Part shown: one piece after another, positions 40,418 to 52,236 of the stretch
Layout: every line of letters begins with the position of its first letter
How positions within the stretch are numbered: the stretch's first letter is position 1
Source: Lingula anatina
Lineage: Eukaryota > Animalia > Brachiopoda
Assembly (NCBI GenBank): GCA_051362555.1
Contig: CM120641.1
Location: forward strand, 29,022,401-29,086,400
DNA: 64,000 bases
Direction of reading: 5' to 3'
Notes under the pieces: generated by a model
The model's input: the letters and a program-made list of their open reading frames with translations, nothing else
What the model was told of the DNA's origin: nothing
Database searches by the model: none
Program-made: the position numbers and the translations under genes

Positions 40418-41260
40418 TTACACCGGCGTCCCTCGTGGCATAACTTCAAATATGGCGTGTTCATCGCAACTGCTCTCCTTGTGTATGTTTTCTGTTGGCA
40501 GTTTTGTGATTGCAGAATCGGAACATGATTGTAGTGTTAAAGGTAATTCACTGTCGCCTGTCTTTGCCTGTTCTATCTGTTCTGTTTGTTGCTCATTCGT
40601 CAACTGGGCATTTTCAAGCCATTCCTGAACTGAAATATTGGCTAGTCTTTTTTGTCTTCCACTTTTTTGGCAGCTTTTTGGTTTCCCTGCTGACGCAGAG
40701 AATGCATTTTGGTGCCGCTGCGCTGCCAAACGCGGGTCTATAGCGTGTATATGGCTGGAACTACCTGAGAGCGTCGAGCACCGCGTAAGCTCCCTTTCGA
40801 GCCGTTTCGTGCTCTCTTTACTGTATATACTCATATATGAAAAATATGTGCTACATGTTTCCATGCTGGCACTTGTGGCAATGCGCCGAACTCCGGTCTG
40901 GCTACGTTTGAGAAGAAGGTACGAAACTATGCTCATCGCACAGCCAGAAAGCAGAAGAACCGGCCCTGCGATTTTGAAGATCTCTTTCTTGTGCCAAAAC
41001 ACTGTGTTTTCTCCAAATATAGATATATAGCTAGCTATGGTCATCAAGACACCGAATCCCAGAATAATGTAAGACGGTATGGCTAGAACACGAGCTAAGC
41101 TATGGACGCGGTCAAATCCGTGTACGACATGGCGTAACTTATTCCGTCGTAAACGGCGTTCAGTAAGTTGATTCTCCCTATGTATCTTTTCAACGTAAAA
41201 TCGCCACATGCATTGTCTCAGTGCGTAATAGCGTTGCTCGGATGACCTCACCGCGTTCAT
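40418..41260 (-). CDS. Intronless 280-aa two-pass membrane protein (PIRT/TMEM100/TMEM200-like topology), uncharacterised
   Basis: Longest ORF in the window, with an in-frame stop 45 nt upstream of the ATG. Two hydrophobic helices (IPSYIILGFGVLMTIASYISIF; IAGPVLLLSGCAMSIVSYLLL) with a GP motif opening TM2, a basic N-terminus and a Ser-rich tail. Confidence 0.8.
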   Translation of the reverse strand: MNAVRSSEQRYYALRQCMWRFYVEKIHRENQLTERRLRRNKLRHVVHGFDRVHSLARVLAIPSYIILGFGVLMTIASYISIFGENTVFWHKKEIFKIAGPVLLLSGCAMSIVSYLLLKRSQTGVRRIATSASMETCSTYFSYMSIYSKESTKRLERELTRCSTLSGSSSHIHAIDPRLAAQRHQNAFSASAGKPKSCQKSGRQKRLANISVQEWLENAQLTNEQQTEQIEQAKTGDSELPLTLQSCSDSAITKLPTENIHKESSCDEHAIFEVMPRGTPV

Positions 41261-44200
41261 GAAAGTTTTTTCTTGACAAATGCATGAGAACTTCAGTTCC
41301 TGTTACCCTGACTCACACGAGCGCTGTTTATCTATTTCTTTGTAATATATTATTAAGGCGGCAATTTTGTTTTCTGGGTTAATCAGCTGGTGCCATTGCA
41401 TCTGGCTTTGTCCTACCTACCCTGAGGAGCAAAGAAGTTAGCGTTTATTGGTATGTTAAAATGAAATCGCTTCGGTTTCGCTATCCATTTGTGAAAACCC
41501 GTCGAGAGAAACCAATCAAAATCCAATACCCCATTTCAACGGCATTTGTATAACGTTACAGGCAGTGGATAGTTTATCAGCCGAGGCCACACTAGGAAAA
41601 ATTCAATATATTTGAGCGCATCTGGTGTTTGTGGTCCCAATATCTACGCAACAATATGACATATCTCTGTGTAACTTGCCTGCTGCACACAAAGCGGGTC
41701 ATATGCAAGCCTAGGATGCCTTTGTTTTGGCGTTGTAAAACCTCCTCTCACATTTTCTTACAGTTTTATCCAGAAAGTTTTTTTGTTTGGATATACACTT
41801 GCAAGCTAGTGCATCCCTGGTCTCACAGCAAGTGTGCTTCTAACAACGTTAAATGGTCTGGAGCCAAAAGATCAGATCGATATACATCGTGCCAAACAGT
41901 GCCAGCAAAATTAATGCATCCTCATTGTCATTATTGTTATTGTTATTGTTTGCACAAGATATGTACTATGTGACTGTCACAGAGATAATGGAAGTGCTCT
42001 TTATGTTTCACCTGTAATCGATCTGTGCACATAATCTGCTGGAAGGTGGTTGAACGCCACAACGAGCACACCGTTGGGAATACGCACTGTATGTTAATTA
42101 TTTATAGACCTACATTTTTCCAAGAATAAAATAATCTGTTAGTTGCTTGTGGGTGTTACAGCCTTCCGGTGCAGCTGTGAGGTGTACACCATCTTCAAAT
42201 CATGGAGCATTGCTATAAATCATAATCAGGATAAAACCAAAACAAGTTGTTTTAGACAAGTGGCAATGTCAGAGTTTACTATGACTGTCTTGTACTGTTT
42301 GAACTGGGATTGCTTCAAGAAATCCGTTCTCATCCGTTCTCTGTTTCCAAATTTATATCTGGATCTGTGTCCTCAGTGTTTTTTTATATCGAATGTCAAT
42401 AGTGATTTTACTCCTCTGAGCTTGGCAACTGAAATGTATTTCTTTATTCCCTGTTTCCCTTCGTTCTTTTTAAGTTACCCAGATATTGCCTTTCAGCGAT
42501 GCGAAATGACAGTGTTATGTGTTACTTGCAATCTCCGCGACAATGTTATTTAATTGTTGGCCCCATTGATCTCCGTCCAGCTTACCTCAGTCCAGTATCC
42601 ACACGGAATCGGCAGTAATCCCAATCGTCTGCTGCACTGCTGGACTTTGCATATAGCTATCGTCTGCTCGGATCCGCATTTACTTGGAATCCCGCAACTA
42701 GCTAGAAACCTGCCTAAATGTATAGTTCGGGCAAGATAACAGCGGGGTAATGGCAGAAATAGTTCTACTGGCGGTGGTCCATAGAACTATATGAAGGCAA
42801 ATTAATTTCCTAGCTAACATATTATGATAATTCAGCCAATGCATGGGTCGTTAGATTCTCAACTACTCTTGCAACCACCATCTTGTTACCTGATGCATAG
42901 TGGCAGTGCTTTCAAGTTAATATGTTTGATGGAGGTTTCCAGCAAAATGTCCTCCCACGGTTTCCAGGATCAACTTAACGACACTCGCTCCGCTTGAAAG
43001 ACCGATTTCATATTTAAGGCCACGCGTAATAGCGTTCTTGGGTTACGGGTAATCGAAAGACAAACGAAAGAGCGTAACAACGAAAAGAAAATTATTTAAA
43101 CTTATTACACAACTTTGTATTCTGATGGCTTTTTAAATTGATTAAGTATTAATTATACTTGGTTTTCTGACAAGCTTTTCTGACATCAATCAGAGTTTTA
43201 AAAAAATTAAAAATACCTACTAGTGCGTCAGTTATAAAATCTGCATCTTTTAAAAATGTCTTTTAAAATGATGAAACACTACGTAGCCTAGATGACCAAA
43301 TACAATAATTCAGAAACTCAGAAAATTATAGCAGGTTCTGTAAACTAGAGGGTCAAATACACTTTTTGTAAATGAAAAATTAGGAAATCAGATACAGGAT
43401 CTGTAACTCTTGAAGAGATGTACTTGTACTAAGTGGGTATCTATATTCAATATGGCTGCACATCACCTAAAGGCTAAAAAGCTACCATTACGGATTAAAT
43501 GAAAGTCATTAATTGTGGCATCATTTATTGGCATATTCGCACACAATTACTCATTTTTTTGCAACGGTAAATTACGTTTAAAGGCTGTTAAAAAGAAGCA
43601 TTCGTGAATAGGGCGTGTGGTTGCCCGACTGCTTGCATAACTGGAAGAAAAAGTATCGATTTTTTTCTGGTAGAGATTTATTGCATTTGAGTAATAGAAG
43701 TGGGGTAGAGAGAATCCTAGAGACACATTTGTTACCTGTTCGTCATAGTGGCGAGACAGCCATGAGGCAATTAATCTCAGGACTTTCAGTTTCTCAGATA
43801 ATTTTTGTTTGACGGTTAAAGTTTTCAAATAAAAAAAGGAAATAAAAGAAACAGATATACTCATGTCTTTTTCTGAACTTCCAAGACTTTAACGCAAGTA
43901 CAACGAGTGGGCCCTCTAAGTGTCAAAAGTGACAAAAATATTTTAATAAGCTTTTATATTTTTTAATAACAAATCTATGTAAATATTTTAAAGAAGTAGT
44001 CAGGGGAACGCTGATTTGCTGGTTATGTCGGTGTTAATTGTATTAAAACCTTCACTATTTTCAGTCAATTGCAACCACTGTTTATTTCTTTGAAGGTCAA
44101 AAAACAATCGACAGTTTTGGATATAATTTATGGGACTTACAAATAATCATATAATTACAACCATAAAACTAATTTACTTAATTGTCTCTTTTGCCCTTGG

Positions 44201-47025
44201 TGAATTTCATTCCCTCTTCATAAAATGCCTTTATGCAGAAAGTTCACTTATTCAACTTTCTTGTATTTGGTTCAGATATTGATAAAAAGCAGCAAATGTA
44301 GCAACACGGTTATTGATATTATTCAGGAACATGCCGCATACTAATCCAACTTTCTTCTATTATCGGTACATTGCGCCTTCGGTTCTTCCCCTGGTTATAA
44401 TTTGAAAATACCAAGTCATTCCACCATACCCTGGAGCCAGCTTTTTTTTTTTTACATACAATTGCAAACACTTCCAGGGATTGGTGCACTTGCTGTAACG
44501 CAACAGAGGCCATAAACTGACACCTTTTGACTAGTAGTCTGTACTAAAAGATTCAAACAAAATAAGGATCATAATGGATATAAGCAAATTGGAAAAAGCA
44601 TTTGTTAAGTTCAAGCAAACGGTTTTCTTCATCAATTTTCAGGCGTGCCAGGAAGCGATTTGGTGTACGTTTTAGGATAGGATAGGGCCATCTCCACATA
44701 TAACATCTTATAATAGATTCGCATGAAATCTGAGTCGCCGACAGGGAGTCGTTCTCGTGGCTCTCACTGTTAAGAAAAGAATTGATCGCTCGCTATCACA
44801 GCTGTGGTAAATCCCGAGTTCGTGTCTGTATGAGGCTCTCTAATGAATTGCGTTGGCGTCTTGGGGATGGAAGGTCTGTGTTTGTGAAAACAAATGGGAT
44901 CACATCTCGTTTATAATAAGTTTAACTTTCCTTTAACTACATGGGCCAAAGATTAATTGCAAGAAAACGGAATGGCATAGCTTTCAAGAAAATCGCTTGG
45001 CGAGCATTTAACTGGTTTCGAGTTTTCATTGCTTTGTCTTCAGGTTCTCGTTGTCCTAAAGTCGAGTCAAGTCAATATATTTTTTTCTGATTCTGTGCTT
45101 TCTGCATCTTCTATCCACCTAAAGCGTAATGTTTCTTTACATATTTTGAAGAATTGTCAATATCCCCCAGATATATAGATTAAAATAAAAGAAAGAAAGA
45201 AAAAAGACTTTTATCCCACAAATAAGCAGCAGAACAAGGGAGATTCTCCATCACTAAAATAAAAAAAAATAAAGATGGAACTCCTTATCCTGAACGATAC
45301 AGAAAACGAATTTCACCTTCTCCTCGTATGTCCATTTTCAATTTAATAAATGTGCATAATATCAAATATCTTAAAACCAAAATTATAATCAGTAAAGAAA
45401 TGTGTAAATTCTTGAAATATGCTTTCTAATTCAGATAAAAGTCACTTTGAGTTTTCTTATCATTTTCTGTTGCACCCTCTCATATCCTGTTTTTTTCTAC
45501 TCTGTTTTGATGTCGTAACGCTGAAAGCTTAAACAAATGAATCATAAGCAAGCCCTTACACTTGATCTCATCATTATTTTTCAGGCTATGTGACGATGAT
45601 ATGCCCTGATAGACAAGATATTTAAGCGATTGCTTTAAAATGACCCTTAAGATTATGTTATGTGATGTTATTGCCGCTCTGTTCTTGACAACTCAACCGA
45701 GTGCAATTATGTAATTGCCCTAAGGGTCCATAAAGGACTTCATGCGAGTGAAATATCCATTAAGCAGGGCGTGTGGGACACTTAATTTCCAGTGTGTTTT
45801 TTTTCAGAAAACAACTGTATTACATTTTCTCACGCACGCCGTTGCAAAAATATAATAGATTTAAGCAAATGTAACAGTCCTTGACGGGTGCCCTTTCGTT
45901 ATTGATAAAGAAAGCCTACATAAATATCAGTGGCAAAGAGAAGATTACATTCTGTAATAGTCAAGTGTCACATACAATACCGCAAAATATATAAATATCT
46001 AAACGGTTCATTGAGCCTAATTGAGTTATATGTATATATATACATTATATGAATATATATCACATACATAAAATGAGCTTATAATTACGGCTGTAATTAG
46101 AGCGATATTGAAGATATAATTTTAAAACAGTCAGTAAGAAATGATAACCAATAGAGCTTCGTTAAATGTCTGTTCGTTCGTTTCTATCCTCTACAGATAA
46201 TGCTGGATACATGTGGGAAGTGAACATTGTGTGATGTAAAATTCATGAACAGTGTACATGTATTACAGCTTACAGTGCAATCCCAACCTCTACTCTGACA
46301 CTACGTAGAAGAGTACACAAAACGAGGTCGGTATTACAATCGTATCATATGTACTTTATGCCAGAGAAAATTGACTTGACTTGATAAAACTGCAGCAATG
46401 ATATCACTATTTGGATCAGCACAGCAAATTGCTTTTTTGAAAAACTGTCCATATAGATTGTAAGTGACTTTATACATGTTACCCGCTTACAGCAGTAAAT
46501 AGCGAAGCAAGAAGTGGTTTGAAACAAGGATTAAGGTATAATTTGCGATCGAATATAAATCTTATTTGTCTTCCATTGCACATTTTCAAAACACTTAGAG
46601 AAGAAGAACACGGAAATGACTTTATTTTAAATCTTCTCCTTCTTACTTTTGGCTTCGTTTTTAGGTAGTGACATTTCATTTGTACTCTTGATCTAAAATT
46701 AATTTTACCTAATAAATCGTAAGCGCTGCTTGAACTCGTCAGTCAATGCAGATATCCATGGGTATTTTTGGCCTTGAAAATCGACTATACGCACAGTACA
46801 AAACTGTTAAACTCACCAGCAATGTCAGAATGGCATTCTTTTGCAGGATATCCCACGTTCGTCCCTTTGTTTTAATTTACTTGTTATACACATACAAACA
46901 GTTTTCATCTATACTCTTTTTAAACATACCCGATACCAGTATTATATAGAATAAAGACGAGTGCAAAATTAATTCAGAGAAGTATTAACTACAGTATATA
47001 GATTCAAATTTGGTCTATCATAATA

Positions 47026-47345
47026 CAGGGTGGTCAAGAAAAAAAATTTTTTTTTGAATAAAGTCCATCAAGTTTCAAGAAATTTGCTTGACTTAAACTT
47101 TAATATGTGTATGATCATTCCCCAAAGTTTCAATTTTCTTGATACCATGCGTAAAAACAATGCTCCAAATGGCTTCTGAGGCATTGGATGCACACTTGCA
47201 TATGTTGCGAAAAAAATGTCAATTTCGCAAACATAATTGCTCCTTCGGGATTTTCCTGATTCTACTGTGATTGCTCCCCACAGTTCACCAATCACCTGAG
47301 GGCTGTTCTGGTGCAAATTGTTTTTGAGATACTCCCACAGATAAA
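47026..47345. mobile_element. Tc1/mariner-type terminal fragment
   Basis: TA followed by CAGGGTGGTC, a typical Tc1/mariner TIR start. The partner TIR was not found. Confidence 0.35.
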
Positions 47346-49066
47346 CCTTTGGGGAGGTTCAAGGTTTGGTCTTTTAGGTAAAAGTTGTAAATTATTTGAC
47401 AGTGCATGTACTATTACACACCTTTCTCCCAGCACAGCCGGATATGTATGCGTGCATGTATATATCGGATGATATGTAGGAGGGTCCTATTGCATTGGGG
47501 CAGTGATCACAGTTCACGGCTAATAAAATCAATTTACACATCACAGTAGATTAAACTATATTTGGATCTCACTGATAATGTGAGTCGAAAATCCTTTCAT
47601 TTTCTTTTAATGCTAACTTCGCTTGATTTAATTTTACTTTCACTAACGTTCTCTCTGCTTTAAAGAGACTAATCCCATAAGGTAGTGTGTTTTATTTATC
47701 AAGAACAGAATACTATCAGATTAATTAATACAACATTGCTACTGCACAAGTCGAAATAATATAGAGATATTCGTTTCATCTGAGATATTTTCCACTCACA
47801 TGGCAAAATTTACGGCTTTATATTTGAAGCTAATCATAAAAATATTTTGTTATACAAAATACTTCAAAATACTTCAAAAGAAAACAAACTTTTCCTTAAT
47901 ATGTGGCTTTTCAATTGCGTAATACTTCAGTGCGAAAAATTGTGAAGTTGTTCCTAATACTATAGGGCCTAGTGCATGCGTTATAAAATACTCTCCTATT
48001 GCGGTGATGTGTAAATCGGAAACATGACTGTCTGTTCGTGACCTGTTGCATCGTTTTGTTAGCTTTCTGGTCTTTCTTATTGATAGTCTCAGTAAAAAAA
48101 CCTCAAACCTTCGGATCACTGGCAGAATCATTATAATCTTCGTCAAGTCCATAGCGTTGCACATTTAATTTTTAAAACTGGGATTTTGTGAACCAAGGGC
48201 AAAGATGAAAATTAGCAAGTGGTAATATTTAACAGACAGTTAGGATTTTCTTTGGTTCTACCCGCTGAAAGGATAAAAAAGCTTCGTAGAGGTCGTGAAT
48301 GCTTCAACAGAAAATGGTGCCAAGGCACCTGGAGCCTTCTTAGCGTGATTCTTGCTTTAAAAGAAGATAGGGACGGGGAAGGGGGGGGGATAGCAATTGG
48401 ATACTGCAAATTGATGAAATTAATATAAGATTTTAATAAAACCCACAAGTACCTCGTTTTTGTCGTCCTTGTTTTGTACACGTGAGAAAATTGATCATCA
48501 TATTATAAAACTGGCATTTGTAACGTTGATTAAATATGAAGTTAACCATTGACTGGCATAAATAAATGGCAAAAAGAAAAACACTGATGCCACACGCCGT
48601 AAACAAAATTTTTGTTTCTTAATTTTAACTTCGTATTTTGAATAGAAATGAGACATGAAAGACTGGGGCCATTTCAGTGCTCATATGACATAACAGAGTA
48701 TATTTTAAGTAAGTATGCAGTACTGTATATATAATTTTTTTTATATCTTCACTCTAATTTCATATCATGATAATTTCAGTCTTGTATTTTGAGCAAAAAA
48801 AACTCTAGGGAAAACAACTTATAGAAGAAGATGGGCTAAACGTCAAACAAACAAACAAACAAACAAACAAAACCCCACAAGGATGTTAGTTTTTAACTCG
48901 CCTCGTTTTTCATTTGAATGTGTTAGGTGAGACACGGAGTTGAATGACCATCTTATCTTGCACTAGAATGTGCTGCCATCTTTCGACCAAATATCGATTA
49001 TTTACATCCGGTGAGTTGCTGAGTACAGATGGAGGGCGCGAAATAGTGCCAAATGTTTTTAGAAAG

Positions 49067-49151
49067 ATGACTGTGTCAACAGCAAGATGCAGGCGCTGTT
49101 TTGAGTGTTTCATATGGATCTGCCGTATCTGGGGTTTGATTACAGCAGTCG
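49067..49151 (+). CDS. TMEM72: TMEM72-like protein, coding exon 1 (MTVSTARCRRCFECFIWICRIWGLITAV)
   Basis: CRIWGLITAV resembles TMEM72 CRLLGITTAA. Donor G|gtaggt, phase 1. Confidence 0.85.
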
Positions 49152-49633
49152 GTAGGTGACCGCAGGGCCTCGGTGTTCACGTGTTTTGAAGGCTTTTCCG
49201 CCTGACTGAGATCACGCCACTTGGTGCTTTGTTTTGAACTGTTGCCCTCTCTGACCTCATAAAACAAAAAGCGTTATTTAAATGTTGTTCAGGGTCAGTT
49301 GAACTTAACAAAATATATGATGTCGAGTATTGTTAGTTTGCTGGGATTTATGCACCAAACACCTGTCACTGTTAACTGAACAGCATTACCAATGCCAGCA
49401 GGCATACTCTCAAGGTATAACTTGAGAAGCTGCTTATTCAAGTTAAAGCAATGTTAAAAAGTGTATCCAAATTAATTATCCCATTACTTACTGTATATAA
49501 ACAGAAATAAAAAAGATAAATAACAAACCACAATAGTTTGTTCAGTATACCATAACTTTCCCAGTACATACATGTACTAGTACTGTGATGTCTTGCGTGT
49601 AGTTTGTGTGGTACGTGTACTTCTATTTTCCAG

Positions 49634-49694
49634 GACTTTGGGGCATTGGAGTCGAGGCAGCATTTAGACACCACCCCTTGGGGTTTTATCTTAT
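49634..49694 (+). CDS. TMEM72: TMEM72-like, exon 2 (GLWGIGVEAAFRHHPLGFYLI)
   Basis: ttttccag| ... |gtaagt, phase 1 to 2. Resembles TMEM72 VLIGVGTETF...LAFYLL. Confidence 0.9.
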
Positions 49695-49933
49695 GTAAGT
49701 TGAAATAAGAAAAGCATAAATTCATGTACATGGGTTTAGAAAATAATATCAAATGAAGTGTTAGGTAGAGCTGTCTTCTAGTATTTCATACTTTTATGTT
49801 GGTTTTTAAAGAAGATTGAAATCATAAAATGCAGTAGTCATATTTATCTCTTATTAAACCCAGTTACTAAAGAATTATAAAACTTGAAAGTTGTAGCTGA
49901 TTGTTAACCAACCTGAATTTTATATTCTTTCAG

Positions 49934-50017
49934 TGGAGCTGCTTTTATAATGACCTTTCTAGAAACGGTATTCTTAACTAACCTTTGTGTGTTAGCATGC
50001 ACAGAGAGAGATTCACC
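49934..50017 (+). CDS. TMEM72: TMEM72-like, exon 3 (GAAFIMTFLETVFLTNLCVLACTERDSP)
   Basis: ttctttcag| ... |gtaagt, phase 2 to 2, open frame. Confidence 0.9.
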
Positions 50018-50326
50018 GTAAGTATAAGCTCAGTGACATTTTGAAAGGTGAAGTATAATCTGGAATAAAACCCTTGCGGATTTGTAGCAAAAGACAAACA
50101 GGCGGCAGTGAATGATGTGAAATTACTTCCCAGAAACATGTTGAAGAAATCAAATATATCATGAATCTTTCGTAGAGATATTTATGCAGTGTGAATAGTA
50201 ATTAAGCAAATTGATAAATTTAAACAGAAGTGGCAAGTTAAATCTATAGATATTTTGGTGCCCATTACTGTATTGTATATAAGTAGCTGTTCTTTATTTT
50301 GAAATATTATTTTTCTGTTTGACTAG

Positions 50327-50466
50327 ACGCAGACCCCCTAGCTGTGGTGTGAAATTCTGGAGCTGGGTTATGTGGTTTGACAACTGGAAAAAGGGTATTT
50401 TCTACCTCATACTCTGTATACCATGTTTTATACAACCACAGGAGGTGTGGATGGCAATAATTTCAG
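50327..50466 (+). CDS. TMEM72: TMEM72-like, exon 4 (RRPPSCGVKFWSWVMWFDNWKKGIFYLILCIPCFIQPQEVWMAIIS)
   Basis: gactag| ... CAG|gtaaga, phase 2 to 1. Resembles TMEM72 [22 protein letters not shown]. Confidence 0.92.
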
Positions 50467-51031
50467 GTAAGATGATATGACATTCACCTTTTAGATGGTT
50501 GTGCTTGGGAAGAAGCACAAAAGGTTTTGATTAGGACACAATGTTATAGATGCAATTATTAGATGAAGTTGTCACCAAGAGAAGAACATTGAAAGCATGG
50601 GTTATTTTGTGCCAATTATTCCCCAGTTTTCAGTTTTCTTCCAAATGATTCTTGTAAGCACACAGGGTGTTAGGTTATTGCCATTCTGACTGCAAGCATA
50701 ATGTAGTTTGAGTATATTTTGTTGGAGAAAGTTGAAAGAAAAATGTTTGCTGATTATTTCAAACCTTAAAACCTAGAAGACAGTTTTAGAATATTGAAAT
50801 GCGGATAATTTACTTCAGAGTAGTCTTGTCATATATGCAGCCACATTCAGTTAAAATACGGAAATCTCGCACAAAAAGTTTTTTCTTACCAGTATGTTTT
50901 TTCTCAGTTGACAATTGAAAACTGTCACCAGCACATCACATAGCAATCATGTTGGACTTTTTCTCCATTATATATTTGAATAATCATGCTTTTTGTTTTA
51001 ATGTAAGATCTATTTAATATTTTTTCTGTAG

Positions 51032-51125
51032 GTGTGATGATGATTATATCAGCAATATTCTATTGTATAAAGTCCATAAAAATTCGACAAGACAATATCA
51101 ATACTATTGAAGAAACATATGACAG
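51032..51125 (+). CDS. TMEM72: TMEM72-like, exon 5 (GVMMIISAIFYCIKSIKIRQDNINTIEETYDR)
   Basis: tttttctgtag| ... CAG|gtaagt, phase 1 to 2. Resembles TMEM72 GSMLIITGLAYFLLSK. Confidence 0.9.
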
Positions 51126-52221
51126 GTAAGTGGAGAGTGTTTGAATGCTACAGTTGAGATTTTTGTTAGGTGTGACATGATTGTGGTTTATGCTATATAA
51201 TGGCATGATCATGGCTGTTCCAGGAATGCTGTGTCAACTCTGGTTGTGTTTACATCCAGACTAAAATAGACTGAAAATGGTCTGACTTGCACTGCCAAAC
51301 CATCAGATTACTTGAAGACTCACAGTTGGGTTTGCAAATTCTCAAATTCAATGATACAGCAGACATGGGGAAAAATTCTAAAGGTATTGTTTTCTTAGGT
51401 ACCTGTTGAAAGCTGTAGATACTGTGCACAGCCCCTGCCAAGATATAATACATCCAAATATTTTCCTGAGACAAAAATCAATTCACAGTATTGGGACCAT
51501 ATAGATGTTTAATTGCTTGGCTATAAAAATTCACTAAAACAATTACAGTGTTGTAAGTTGAAAAAAAAATTTTGAGCAAGTCTACTTATAGCTTATGCAC
51601 ACTTCAAATGGGTGGGTGTGAACTAAGTGCTGGCTCGACTTTACTTTTGCTTGGTATTCGGCCAAGAGCAGACAAGTTTTGCCATGACTGAAAAGAATTG
51701 AATCATATGGTGATGCTGTTGGACTGTTAACTATTTGTCTGGAACCTAATACAACCACCTGCACCAAACTGATGTTTTGATAAAGTCTTTGCCATTTTAA
51801 TTGTTTAACTGCTGTTGCATGATTTAGCCATCTTTATGTTGTCATTTAAGTTGTTGTTTGATATGTTATTATGACTAATTACACTGGACACTTTCGCGAG
51901 TCTTTGTTGTAGTAAGTATAGGGAAAAAGAATAACTGCTGTTAATAAGAAAGATAAAGACAATATTAATTGTGAGAAATTAATAGTTATAAAAGTATTAT
52001 GACTTTTCAGTTGACCCCCCCCCCTCCAAAAAATAAATAAATAAATAAATAAAAATAATAATAATAAAAAATAAAGAAAAAAATGGAAAATTATGATCAA
52101 TAAGACTAATTGGAACATTTTATCTGGACACAAAATACCAGTAACAGTACACTTTAAAAGAAAGATTGGGCTCAGCAATCCAAAGTTATATAATAAAGAA
52201 TAAAATTTTATTTTTCTTCAG

Positions 52222-52236
52222 GAGGCCGCGGCTAAG
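52222..52236 (+). CDS. TMEM72: TMEM72-like, candidate 15-nt cassette microexon (adds RPRLR)
   Basis: ttttatttttcttcag|GAGGCCGCGGCTAAG|gtaggt. Strong acceptor and donor, a GC-rich island in an AT-rich intron, phase 2 to 2, no stop. Confidence 0.65.

Noticed and set aside
40410-41030. Plus-strand ORFs of 72-130 aa
   Set aside because: Antisense shadows of the 280-aa minus-strand CDS.
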